From a virus (Duplodnaviria > Caudoviricetes), in IMG/VR virus record IMGVR_UViG_3300029448_000029, positions 1-61,784 of that record: a DNA stretch of 61,784 nt. One strand, written 5' to 3'. Below are positions 27,366 through 37,238 of this stretch, piece after piece. Position numbers and translations under genes: made by a program. The notes beneath the pieces were generated by a model that was not told the origin of the DNA, did no database searches, and worked only from the letters and a program-made list of their open reading frames with translations. The first letter of the stretch is position 1; each line of letters begins with the position of its first letter.

Positions 27366-30300
27366 TCAGTAACCAGAAGATGACGAACCACCCATTGAAG
27401 ATCCACCGCCCATCGGTGATCCACCGCTCATTGGTGATCCGGTTGACGGACGAGCAGTCCCATTATTTATGTTACCTCTTGAAGTATTAATTTGAGTTCC
27501 GTTAAAATAATTATCCCCGCAGTTACATGTTTGACAGTTGTAACAATCTCCATTATTATTTCCAACGTATCGTGCAAGGTGATTATTTAACTGACAATTA
27601 AAATCGGTATCAAAGAGTGGTATTCTTCTGACTGGTCTTGCTGCGGCAATTTTTTCAATTCTAAATTCACTTGACACTAAACCTGATCTAAAGTTTTGTG
27701 TAAACGCTCGGTGTGCATGAGAGGCAACAACAGAGTTTTTAGATTCAAGAATAAACTCTTGTGGATCTTCTGGACGATAATTTGCTCCGATACAACCATT
27801 TGGTGCAACCGCAGTTGTTTTCGCTCCTGTTGTTGACGACCAATAACTTGTCTCGGTGAGTGGTGTCATACCAGATCGAAGAAGAGAACTGTTAATGATA
27901 TTCAAGTTTCCGTAAAGATACATCAACTCAACAATACTTGGAACATACCAATCATTGTAACCAAACTTACCGTCTGTGTTCCAATCAGAAATCAATCGCA
28001 TGATTGCATTTTCTTTATTGTCTTTTTCCCAAAGTTTTTCAAACTCTTGCTTGAAGTATTCTTTGTCTGTTTTTAATTTTTCGATATCAACATCAGGTCC
28101 CCAAACGTCCGTCTTTTCGTGTGACCAACGATCATATGCAGCGTCATCTCTGCCCATCAAATCTTCGATAAACCAAGGCATCCAATCATAACTGCTTCGA
28201 TCAAACATTCTTGTTCCGAGTAAGCCATCGAGGTATGGAGTTCCCATAAACTTACCATCTTCAACAGGATCAGAAGATCCACCATCAAACGCTGCTTGTC
28301 TAAGTCCCCATGACAAAGTTTTTGAATCGTTGTATGACAAATCTTCTGGTGCGATAACAAGCGCCCATTTTCTTGGGGCTCTTCCATCCGAATAATACGA
28401 ACTTGCAATACTATAATATCGTTTAATTTCTTCGTATGAATTTGCAGAAGCGAGTTGTCTCTTGATTGGCAATTCATGAAGGTTTAAATTGTAAGGACTA
28501 TGTGGAACGTCTGGATAACCAGAGGGATCTGAAACAAAGTCTTGTGGGATATACTTGTATGGTGTCACGCTGTCGCAAGAACAAGGCCCATTAATCTCAC
28601 CAAAGTAATTGTTGCCAGCATTCAATACGAAAGTTCTTGCGGTTGATCCAGAACCACTTGGGCAGACAGGACATTGAGATCCATAACCGTGAGTTAAACA
28701 ATATGGTGCTTCACCCTTCGCAATGATAGAGCCATAGTCATTTGGTTCACCAATCACTCCGAGCAAGATACCGCCACCAAATTCATCTCCAGGCTTCAAG
28801 TATGTTGTTGGGTTTACATTCAACGCACACAAAGATCGCTCAGCCTCTGGATTTCGTCTTTCATTTTGTGGGGGTGCAAAAGGTTGTGGTCCCTGATTAT
28901 CTGTGCATGCATCGTTACAGTCCTCACAAATGTCATCACACAATCCGTTACCACCATCACCTCCTACATAGTCCTTACCCCTACCATCAAGTGGTGTATC
29001 TTGTCCTTCCCGACTACCACCGGTGCATCTAAAACCAGTTTGTGAATTTTCGTCTGGAATCGAAGAACTGATGGGAGGGGATGCACATGATCTATTAAGG
29101 ATATACCCCGTCGCAAGACTACCATTAACGATTAATGAATGAAGCCCGGAAAACCCTCCGACCTCGACCAACAAGACCGAATTAGAAGTGGCATTTCCAT
29201 CAAGATCAACAAAAACATGCGGATCTGAGGGGTTGTTTGGATTTGTATAGTAAAACACACCTGAACCATCTGCTGCTGCTATTGGACACACTGTTGCGTA
29301 TTGAATAGGACCAGAGACTGGCACAGAGCAGTCCGTCTGGCAAAGATCACCACAATCTGTAACTGTGCCTTCTCTTTCAAGTGATCTTGCAAAACATGTT
29401 GGCCCAAAAGTTCGTCCTCCGAGTGTAATCTCACAGTCACCGATACCGCAATCCCCTCCACTTTCTGTTGCGATACTACAATAATTTGGAGCGCCCACGG
29501 TGGTGCAACCATAAATCGGACAATCATAGCCAGGGTAGTATGTTTGTAAGAAACCGTCAAAATAAATGCTATATGCGATTCCAGTTGGACATGCTAATTG
29601 ATTTCCATTTGTTCCATTGTATCTGCAAGGCCCTTCAGTTTCACTTACAAAAGTGATAATTGGATCTGGATTTCCTATGCCTCTATTTGTCAATTCGCTT
29701 GCAAGAACTGAACAATCCGCACCGCCGGGAACACTCAATCTAAATGTTTCATTTCCATTGTTAAATTCGCAGCACTTACATGGTGGGACTGATGGTGGTG
29801 GTGCCTCATCTTGTAAACAACAATCTATATTTTCACAAAGAGATCCATTTCCTTGGAAAATACCACCTATTTGATTACATTCAAACGGTGTGATGTCTGG
29901 ATTACAAACTCTTCCAACACAACACGCACCTTTGTAGAAGTCCTGTAAACAACAGTTAAACGTTCGACAATTTTCACCCTCATAAAACGTTCCGCCGGCT
30001 AAATCACACTCATTACGATTGAAGGTGTAACAAACACCATTCACGCAACAGGCACCGACCTCACAACGATCTGGACATTCAACCTCATCTGGAGTCTGGT
30101 TGGGGAAGAAAACACCACGGAATTCATCACAAATTTTGCTGGTAGAATTAACAGAGGTTCCATTAATACAGCAAGTTCCTTGTGCGGCACAGTTTGCGCC
30201 AGTCAAACGATTTAAACAGGTTGTGTCTGCTAAGAAGTTGCCACCAATTTCATCACAATACGCTTTGGTGATGTAATCAGTGCAAGCACCCTCAAAGTTA

Positions 30301-31211
30301 CCATCATCTACATCCGTGCAATAGCAGCATGATCCATATTCTGCTAAGCCATCATATTTTTTCCATTGATCTGGATCATCTGCTGGTGCGGAATATGATA
30401 GGAAATAACTAATATCATCAAGCCCATTACCAGTAAGTCCTATGTTTAAACTTGGGAATCTAATTCCAAATTGATCTTGGAATACTGTTCTTGTTTTACC
30501 AAACCCACCAGAACCACCAATTAACGATGGAAATTCATATCCGATTTTATTTGTATTTGGACCTTGAAAGTTTCTGTTTCCACTCAAGAACTCATAAAGA
30601 GGTGCGACGTTAATAGTTAAATTGTCGTCAGATCCACTATGTCCAGTGTCCTGAGTGTAAAGAGAAAAATCAAAGCCCTCTGCTGATTGTCCACCCTCTT
30701 TAGGGACAAATACGAGTTGTCCAGTCGCTCCAATAAAATTGCCTTCCGCACCATGAATGTTTATGGTATCGGCTGAATCCGCTGGTGGTTTTAATCCGTT
30801 TGCCGGATCCCCAGTGAAAGAAGCGTTACCGGAAAGAGTTAATGTTTTAAAATAACCAGTTTTGCCCGGAATGGGTAGTGGTTGAAAAATTGTTGCCCTT
30901 GTTCCAGCCGATGTAAAATTAACTGCGATGGGAACATCATTTGGTCCGATTGGACCACTTACTTCAACGGAGGAGTATCTGAATCCAGTGGATCCAATTA
31001 CGGTTGCATTTTTATCTTCAAACTTAAATGTGATGGATCTATTATCGTAAGTTAGTCCAACGATAAGATCACCAGAAATACCTGTCGCACCAGTTGTTCC
31101 CGGTCCTATTGGACCTGTTGCTCCAGTGATTCCGGTCGCACCAGTAGGACCAAGAGGACCAGATGCGGCTGCTTGTCCAATGCTGCTGCTACCGTAAACG
31201 TATCCTGACAT
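27366..31211 (-). CDS. Collagen-like, Cys-rich tail fibre protein with DUF1566-like domain
   Basis: GPLGPTGATGITGATGPIG; tandem GxCC modules; GDEFGGGILLG ... GYNDWYVPSIVEL ... YWSST ... ARPVRRI; Ser/Gly tail ending SSSSGY. Confidence 0.75.
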   Translation of the reverse strand: MSGYVYGSSSIGQAAASGPLGPTGATGITGATGPIGPGTTGATGISGDLIVGLTYDNRSITFKFEDKNATVIGSTGFRYSSVEVSGPIGPNDVPIAVNFTSAGTRATIFQPLPIPGKTGYFKTLTLSGNASFTGDPANGLKPPADSADTINIHGAEGNFIGATGQLVFVPKEGGQSAEGFDFSLYTQDTGHSGSDDNLTINVAPLYEFLSGNRNFQGPNTNKIGYEFPSLIGGSGGFGKTRTVFQDQFGIRFPSLNIGLTGNGLDDISYFLSYSAPADDPDQWKKYDGLAEYGSCCYCTDVDDGNFEGACTDYITKAYCDEIGGNFLADTTCLNRLTGANCAAQGTCCINGTSVNSTSKICDEFRGVFFPNQTPDEVECPDRCEVGACCVNGVCYTFNRNECDLAGGTFYEGENCRTFNCCLQDFYKGACCVGRVCNPDITPFECNQIGGIFQGNGSLCENIDCCLQDEAPPPSVPPCKCCEFNNGNETFRLSVPGGADCSVLASELTNRGIGNPDPIITFVSETEGPCRYNGTNGNQLACPTGIAYSIYFDGFLQTYYPGYDCPIYGCTTVGAPNYCSIATESGGDCGIGDCEITLGGRTFGPTCFARSLEREGTVTDCGDLCQTDCSVPVSGPIQYATVCPIAAADGSGVFYYTNPNNPSDPHVFVDLDGNATSNSVLLVEVGGFSGLHSLIVNGSLATGYILNRSCASPPISSSIPDENSQTGFRCTGGSREGQDTPLDGRGKDYVGGDGGNGLCDDICEDCNDACTDNQGPQPFAPPQNERRNPEAERSLCALNVNPTTYLKPGDEFGGGILLGVIGEPNDYGSIIAKGEAPYCLTHGYGSQCPVCPSGSGSTARTFVLNAGNNYFGEINGPCSCDSVTPYKYIPQDFVSDPSGYPDVPHSPYNLNLHELPIKRQLASANSYEEIKRYYSIASSYYSDGRAPRKWALVIAPEDLSYNDSKTLSWGLRQAAFDGGSSDPVEDGKFMGTPYLDGLLGTRMFDRSSYDWMPWFIEDLMGRDDAAYDRWSHEKTDVWGPDVDIEKLKTDKEYFKQEFEKLWEKDNKENAIMRLISDWNTDGKFGYNDWYVPSIVELMYLYGNLNIINSSLLRSGMTPLTETSYWSSTTGAKTTAVAPNGCIGANYRPEDPQEFILESKNSVVASHAHRAFTQNFRSGLVSSEFRIEKIAAARPVRRIPLFDTDFNCQLNNHLARYVGNNNGDCYNCQTCNCGDNYFNGTQINTSRGNINNGTARPSTGSPMSGGSPMGGGSSMGGSSSSGY

Positions 31212-31219
31212 ATATTACC

Positions 31220-34200
31220 TCAATAACCAGAAGAGGAAGAACTAGAAGATGATCCTCCCATAGAACCACCGGACGAACGAGTAGACCTAGGGGATGGTGA
31301 GGATGGAGTTGATGGGGTTGACGTTCCTCGTCCGCTAGTTCCAGACTGAGTATTTATGTCATCTCCAAGTATGGGTCGTCCTGCCTCTATGTAAGATTTT
31401 AATAATCTCATAGACTCGTTGGGATCGACAGGTTCAAAAGGTCTGCTTGCTGAAGCAAATTCCTCTTCGGGACATCTTGATCCATCTCCACCATAGTCAC
31501 CAGCATAAAAGTTTACACAATCGTATCTGTTGGTGAGGAAACAATATCCAGAGGACAATGTGCATGATCCAAAGATAGCACCTGTATTTGTGGAACGTCC
31601 TTGATACTGCGGAACAGCCTCGGGATCGGTAAAGTATCGGTGAGTAAAGCCAGGATCAAAAATGTTTGATTCACCAGTGACACCCGGAGAAAATTCAGAG
31701 ATGAAGTGAGTTCTGTTTATGGTCGGATCTGCAAAAGGTTCATCTGTATTAAACACATATGGGATATACCACAATCTTGCATGTTTATCAATAAAGGAGC
31801 CTCTCTTTGATGGATCCAAATTATCAAATCCTGCTTTTGGATATCTACCATCCGCACGAACGAGTCGAATCGGTCGAACCTTTGCGGTATCGTCAGACTT
31901 GCTAAGTTTCTTCATTGAGAAACCATCTGTAACATCCTCGGAATTTAAATTGTTGGGGAATGTCATTGCCCATGCTTTTGTCATGTGACCAACAATTCTA
32001 TCACCAACATTTTCCTGAATTCTACCATCGTTTCGTGGCACTTTGGTTCCAACATATGGAGCGAGACCGGTGAAACCTTTGTTATCACCTGTTCCAATTT
32101 GTGTTGCATCTGCGGTCGAACCAATGAACAAAAGACCCTCTGGATTTTCTAAGTGATTTGCTTGCCCCTCAATGAGTTTTCTTTGCCACGAGTAATAAGC
32201 CTCATGCAACGCATTCCAGCGATCAAGTTCCTCTTGCGTCCAGTCGTCATCTGGTCCAACAGGTCCAGCCCCACTTTCAATGGAAAATCTTGACATGTCT
32301 AATCCAGCGAACGCTTCTTGTAAACTACTTTGCAATTCTTCAAACTCAGTTAATCTACCGCTGAAATCGAACGCACCCATTGATGTCCAATATTCACCAC
32401 GAATTGCATCACCACCGGCTGCAACAATTTTTTCGTTCAATCCTTCCAGAGCGACTTTTCTAGCGATATATGCCATCTCATCTGGACTTGGCAAATACCA
32501 AGGAGACATGAATGGTGGATTTGGATAAATCCAGTTATTTTCAGGATCACAGAAATTGTCTGGGCAAGGTTGAGAAACTCCATCCTCATCAACACTATGT
32601 AACCTGTCATCATACTTACTTCGTATAACGTGAACCGATGAAAGTTTTGCCGTCGGCTCGGCAGTCTCTAGACCTGGTGTTTGAATTTTACCAAACCAAT
32701 ATTCACCAACGTATGACGGGCTGTTGTAATACTCTTCAACCGCTTCTGCGGAGAATCTTGAAAAAGCGTGTGGATAAACATTAAGAAGGTAGTCGGCATA
32801 ACCACCGATGACTGGATTAAACGGGAAAGATGCGTATGCGAAACCATCTGATCTACCAACACCGGGACCGCACCCAATAACTGTCCCTCCACTCGTTACT
32901 GAAACGGGAGTGTTTACGCAACCACATGTAAATGATTCACCAAGTTCTGAACAAAATACTGGATTGTTTCCATCCGGTGGAAGATAATCATATGTTCCGT
33001 TACACAAATCAGTTGAACTATCTGGACGACAATTATAGTAGCCGTGATTCAATGCATGTGCCATTCGGACGGTGTTATGGAGTCCCCAGTTTCTATGATA
33101 TACTCCGTTCATATCGGGTCCAAATTCACCTCGACTATTCGTCGGTCCAACCCCACGATTAAAATCAGGAGGCACTTTGGAGAATAATTTACTCAATCCA
33201 TTAACATTGAATTGAACACCGGTCGCCCTCGCAGTATTATAAGTTGTTGCGGAATTAATAAACATAGATTTACTAATATTTTGACCGGGACCACTGTCGA
33301 ATTGTCCGCCCTCACCCTCAGCAAGAATGCCGGGTGGAACTGGGTTTGTATGAGTTAAATCCACTCGATCTTGTGTTTGGTATTCGCCGGGTGGTGATGA
33401 AGAAACAGAAATATTTGTTCTCGATGCTCTCTCTGCTCTAGCGGGCCAACCAGATTTAAATTGATTTGTTTCATCCAGTGTTCTTCGATAAAAACCCTCT
33501 TTCGTTCTGAAGATGGGTCTAAAACTTCCTCCAACTTCTCCATTGTGAAGCGAGCCGGGTGAATTTGATCTCTGTAAATCAATGTCCATATATGTTTGAT
33601 CAGACTGTCTATCTGTTCCAATATTTCCGGGTGTATTGATATTTGTAATCGGACCATAATTTGATCCGGTCAATCCCCACTTAAATTGCTCTGTTCCATC
33701 TTCAAGTTTAGCGTCGTCAAGAGAGACAATAATGAACCAAGCGTCCTCTCTAACCTCACCATCATTTGGATTAGAAAGACCTTCCCAATATGATTTTGAT
33801 TCTCTGTCATCATATCCGTAACCGTGATAATCGTATGATGATCGGTAGAAGTTTGATGCAACACGATTATTTGTCACAAGACTTTTTGGCCAATAATATC
33901 TTACTATTTCACTACCCGACATTAAACCAGTAACATACTCATTATCATACACGTCAAGTCCAGAGGTGCTCCAATTACCAAGTAAGGATCTACCATTATT
34001 CGCTTGCCCATAGCCGGGGATGTGTTGCTCACTGTTTTCCGCAAAGGCAGGTAAAGCGGGTTCATTTTTTGGATCGCTCGGACTGATCTGATCTGAAATA
34101 TACGCATTTTCACCATATGTTGGCTGTATTTGCTCATTCGTAAAGTCGCTTTCTTTTACACCAAATCCGGCATTACCCAAAAGAACAGATCCATATGGAT

Positions 34201-36052
34201 TGTAAAGTCCAGAGACGACACCACCACCATACTCACCACCAGTCACGAATTTTGGTGCAACGTCTGGGTGTCTAAAGAAATCATAGAGAGTTTCAGAGGA
34301 GAGTGCTGAAGGACATTGTGTTGTTTGACACCGTGAACCGAGACCCGCATACTTGGAGCCAGCAGCGATACAATCGTCTCCAGTCACTCCATCGACACAG
34401 TTCCCGAATGTGCAACAGGAACCCGTCCCACCGGAACAGAGACCGTCGAAACAGGGAATACCTCTACCTCGGAAGAATCCACCGATCTCCTGACAAAGAT
34501 ACTGACTAACTTCAGTGCAGTTTCCAAGTCCATCACAGCAAGCACCAGTATCAAAGATTGAAAGCGTGCAATCAACTTGACCACATCCCTGACTGGCATC
34601 TGGATTACTCTCAGGCAAATAACCAATGAATCCCGCAAACGACGAATACAAATCGGGAGTAAATCGACCGAGAGCAAGACACTCTTCAGGACAAAGTATG
34701 TTACACGTTAACGGGTTTTGTGGATCCAACCCATAAATGCCTTGCCAGTTTCCGGGCCATCCTTGTTCGGGGATTTCTGGTATCAACGTGTCAAGACCAA
34801 GCGGATCAAGAACTTCATTGTATTGACAGCATGGACCAATCGCATCTGCGTTGATGGGGCCGCTAAGGGTTCCACATACATTTAATCTATCGTCACCAAA
34901 GAAACCAAAGGCATTAGAAATATAATCTGGAACAAAGAAGCCGGGACAGTTTGGTTGACTTTGGAATGTGGGTGAGCCATCACCGAGACAACAAACACCA
35001 ACGTTACCAAAACCACCACCAATTAAAGTATCGTCTTCGTTACAGTAATGTGTTTCATCATAAGTTACAAGACTACCTGAATCATTCCAGTAAACCAAGT
35101 TACCATACCAAGAATTACCGTTTGAAATAAACGTGTAAATGTCTCGATTACCGCTAAAGCAAGGTTTTCTAATGAACGGGAATTTAACCTCAGAATTGGT
35201 TGATGTAAATCTATCAACACTCGCAGGTGTTCCCGTTGCACCTTCAACAACCAAGAAGAATGCAGCACTTTTATCAGAGGGTGGTTCTGTAATATTGACG
35301 ATGATTGGAACGGTGTCAATATCGTTACCTTCTATTTGTGCATCTTGTGCCTGAACAAGGAAAGTTTTTCCTCTTGTCCAATCCACATCAACTCTCAATC
35401 CGTTTCTACCCGCAATTATATCGGCACTTAATCCATCACCAGTTCCAAGTAAGATTGCAGGCTCAAGAACAGAGCGAACAGCCAGACCCTCAATTTCGTG
35501 TCTATCTAAAAATTCAGCGGCAGTTGCACCACTAATACCAACGATATCACCGGACGCATCAGCCATAATGAGTTGTTGCGGTGTTGCGGAAACATTTAAA
35601 TATCCTGTGCCAGAGATATCGTAATTAATATTAATGTTTCCGTTACTTTCGGTGAGAGTTAGATACTCACTCTCGACACCAATGTTTCTTATTTCCATTG
35701 ATCCAGCATCGGTGTCTACAGATTTTGCAAAAGTAAAACCACTGCCAAAATTATTGAATCGCAGATTTGTCATTCGTGTTGGGCCGGTGTTACCAAAAAT
35801 TTTATCACCGGAAACACCACCAGTAATTGCAGTTATTTTATGTTGTGTTTCGATACCGTTGAACTGCGTGACAAAAGTTATTCCTTCACCCGTTTGATCG
35901 AATCGGAAGAAGTTACCGCCAGTGTGTCCTGTTGGGCCTGTATTTGCTGGTCCGGTGGGACCAGTGGGACCAGTTATACCAATAGGACCAGTCGGTCCAG
36001 TCGGCCCCGTGCCCGTTCTAACAAATTTAGAAAACCCAACATATATCGGCAT
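31220..36052 (-). CDS. Collagen-like, Cys-rich tail fibre protein with expanded DUF1566-like domain
   Basis: GTGPTGPTGPIGITGPTGPTG; GVCC/GPCC/GACC/GSCC modules; GGEYGGGVVSG ... WYLPSPDEM ... YWTS ... VRPIRLV; tail ending SSSSGY. Confidence 0.75.
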   Translation of the reverse strand: MPIYVGFSKFVRTGTGPTGPTGPIGITGPTGPTGPANTGPTGHTGGNFFRFDQTGEGITFVTQFNGIETQHKITAITGGVSGDKIFGNTGPTRMTNLRFNNFGSGFTFAKSVDTDAGSMEIRNIGVESEYLTLTESNGNININYDISGTGYLNVSATPQQLIMADASGDIVGISGATAAEFLDRHEIEGLAVRSVLEPAILLGTGDGLSADIIAGRNGLRVDVDWTRGKTFLVQAQDAQIEGNDIDTVPIIVNITEPPSDKSAAFFLVVEGATGTPASVDRFTSTNSEVKFPFIRKPCFSGNRDIYTFISNGNSWYGNLVYWNDSGSLVTYDETHYCNEDDTLIGGGFGNVGVCCLGDGSPTFQSQPNCPGFFVPDYISNAFGFFGDDRLNVCGTLSGPINADAIGPCCQYNEVLDPLGLDTLIPEIPEQGWPGNWQGIYGLDPQNPLTCNILCPEECLALGRFTPDLYSSFAGFIGYLPESNPDASQGCGQVDCTLSIFDTGACCDGLGNCTEVSQYLCQEIGGFFRGRGIPCFDGLCSGGTGSCCTFGNCVDGVTGDDCIAAGSKYAGLGSRCQTTQCPSALSSETLYDFFRHPDVAPKFVTGGEYGGGVVSGLYNPYGSVLLGNAGFGVKESDFTNEQIQPTYGENAYISDQISPSDPKNEPALPAFAENSEQHIPGYGQANNGRSLLGNWSTSGLDVYDNEYVTGLMSGSEIVRYYWPKSLVTNNRVASNFYRSSYDYHGYGYDDRESKSYWEGLSNPNDGEVREDAWFIIVSLDDAKLEDGTEQFKWGLTGSNYGPITNINTPGNIGTDRQSDQTYMDIDLQRSNSPGSLHNGEVGGSFRPIFRTKEGFYRRTLDETNQFKSGWPARAERASRTNISVSSSPPGEYQTQDRVDLTHTNPVPPGILAEGEGGQFDSGPGQNISKSMFINSATTYNTARATGVQFNVNGLSKLFSKVPPDFNRGVGPTNSRGEFGPDMNGVYHRNWGLHNTVRMAHALNHGYYNCRPDSSTDLCNGTYDYLPPDGNNPVFCSELGESFTCGCVNTPVSVTSGGTVIGCGPGVGRSDGFAYASFPFNPVIGGYADYLLNVYPHAFSRFSAEAVEEYYNSPSYVGEYWFGKIQTPGLETAEPTAKLSSVHVIRSKYDDRLHSVDEDGVSQPCPDNFCDPENNWIYPNPPFMSPWYLPSPDEMAYIARKVALEGLNEKIVAAGGDAIRGEYWTSMGAFDFSGRLTEFEELQSSLQEAFAGLDMSRFSIESGAGPVGPDDDWTQEELDRWNALHEAYYSWQRKLIEGQANHLENPEGLLFIGSTADATQIGTGDNKGFTGLAPYVGTKVPRNDGRIQENVGDRIVGHMTKAWAMTFPNNLNSEDVTDGFSMKKLSKSDDTAKVRPIRLVRADGRYPKAGFDNLDPSKRGSFIDKHARLWYIPYVFNTDEPFADPTINRTHFISEFSPGVTGESNIFDPGFTHRYFTDPEAVPQYQGRSTNTGAIFGSCTLSSGYCFLTNRYDCVNFYAGDYGGDGSRCPEEEFASASRPFEPVDPNESMRLLKSYIEAGRPILGDDINTQSGTSGRGTSTPSTPSSPSPRSTRSSGGSMGGSSSSSSSSGY

Positions 36053-37230
36053 TATGAAAGTCCAAGTGTAGTTTTAATATTACTTACCTCAGTATTTATG
36101 CTGTTAACTGTGGAATTTATATCATCTAAAGTATCCGCACTTGCCGTATTTGTTGTGAGTTTATTCGTAACTTCTAAATCAGTGACTGTAATTTTTCTTG
36201 GAATTGTTACACCTATCGTGTTTTTAACTTTCAATAATGTTATTGTTTCAACTTCAGTTGCAGACCCATCAACATCAAAACGATACTGCGTGGTGGGAAC
36301 AATTCTTGGAATAACAAATCGCGTAATAGTTCTTTTTGTTACTGAATACTCATTTCCATCCACTTTTATATTTTTTCCAGTATCGGCTTGAGACTGTCCA
36401 GTGTTTCTATTAACGGTTATGGTATTTGCTCCAACGTTCACTCCCGTGATTCTAGCAGAGTAAGTTTGTGATCTGCCGTCTTGTTGTATTGCTTGTTGAC
36501 CGATGAGACTTTGTGTAAGCCTGTTTCCGTTAATTTCAATTTCTTCAGTATAACCAAACTGTGTCCCAAAATAATTAAATGCCTCTGGGTATTCTGTGGT
36601 TTTTAAATATTGAGATCCTTTTGATACGTTTATGTAATTTGGTGGAGTAATAAAAGAATCGCCGCCCACGACTGTCAATACTTCTCCAATATCCGTGTCG
36701 GTGTCATTGGTAGATGCAACCTCACCACCAATGGAATAACCAATGTAGTTAAGAACAACAGCGTTGTTTGTTCCATCGTCCATTTTCTGAAGAACTGGCT
36801 TAACAACTTCAGTTGGCTGGAAAGGTGCTATGTTTTGAACTCCACCAGTAACCGATGGACTTAAGAAGAAAATATCATTACCACCAGATGCCCCATCTAT
36901 GGTTCCGGTAGGTGTATTATCAACAAATTTATCCGAGGGGAAACTTATTTGACCGAAGATCACAACGTTCATAGTGTCATCATCAATGGACTCAACCACA
37001 CCGACAACCTCTGCATTTTCAGCGTTGTTCGCAAGCGACGTTTTGTATTGTTTGGCACTTTCGTCGCTCACATCATAGCGAATAACATCACCTGCCGTGA
37101 TTCCTTCTTCAAAAGAATAGTCACTACTAACCAAAGGAATCTGCGCAAGAATTCGTGAACCTATACTATTAAGGTTCACCGAGGTGATTGATGACATGAT
37201 GTTAGAACTAGAAGAGCAACTTGATGACAT
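36052..37230 (-). CDS. Virion protein with beta-sandwich module and tail-collar-like domain
   Basis: GITAGDVIRYD...ANNAENAEVVGVV module shared with the next gene; IGEVLTV...PPNYI....QYLKTTEYPEAFNYFG resembles the phage tail-collar motif; C-terminal heptads. Confidence 0.6.
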   Translation of the reverse strand: MSSSCSSSSNIMSSITSVNLNSIGSRILAQIPLVSSDYSFEEGITAGDVIRYDVSDESAKQYKTSLANNAENAEVVGVVESIDDDTMNVVIFGQISFPSDKFVDNTPTGTIDGASGGNDIFFLSPSVTGGVQNIAPFQPTEVVKPVLQKMDDGTNNAVVLNYIGYSIGGEVASTNDTDTDIGEVLTVVGGDSFITPPNYINVSKGSQYLKTTEYPEAFNYFGTQFGYTEEIEINGNRLTQSLIGQQAIQQDGRSQTYSARITGVNVGANTITVNRNTGQSQADTGKNIKVDGNEYSVTKRTITRFVIPRIVPTTQYRFDVDGSATEVETITLLKVKNTIGVTIPRKITVTDLEVTNKLTTNTASADTLDDINSTVNSINTEVSNIKTTLGLS

Positions 37231-37238
37231 GGTTTACC

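Noticed and set aside
21173-36052. Complete diversity-generating retroelement
   Set aside because: Target-like domains are present but no reverse transcriptase, Avd or adenine-mismatched template repeat was seen in the window.
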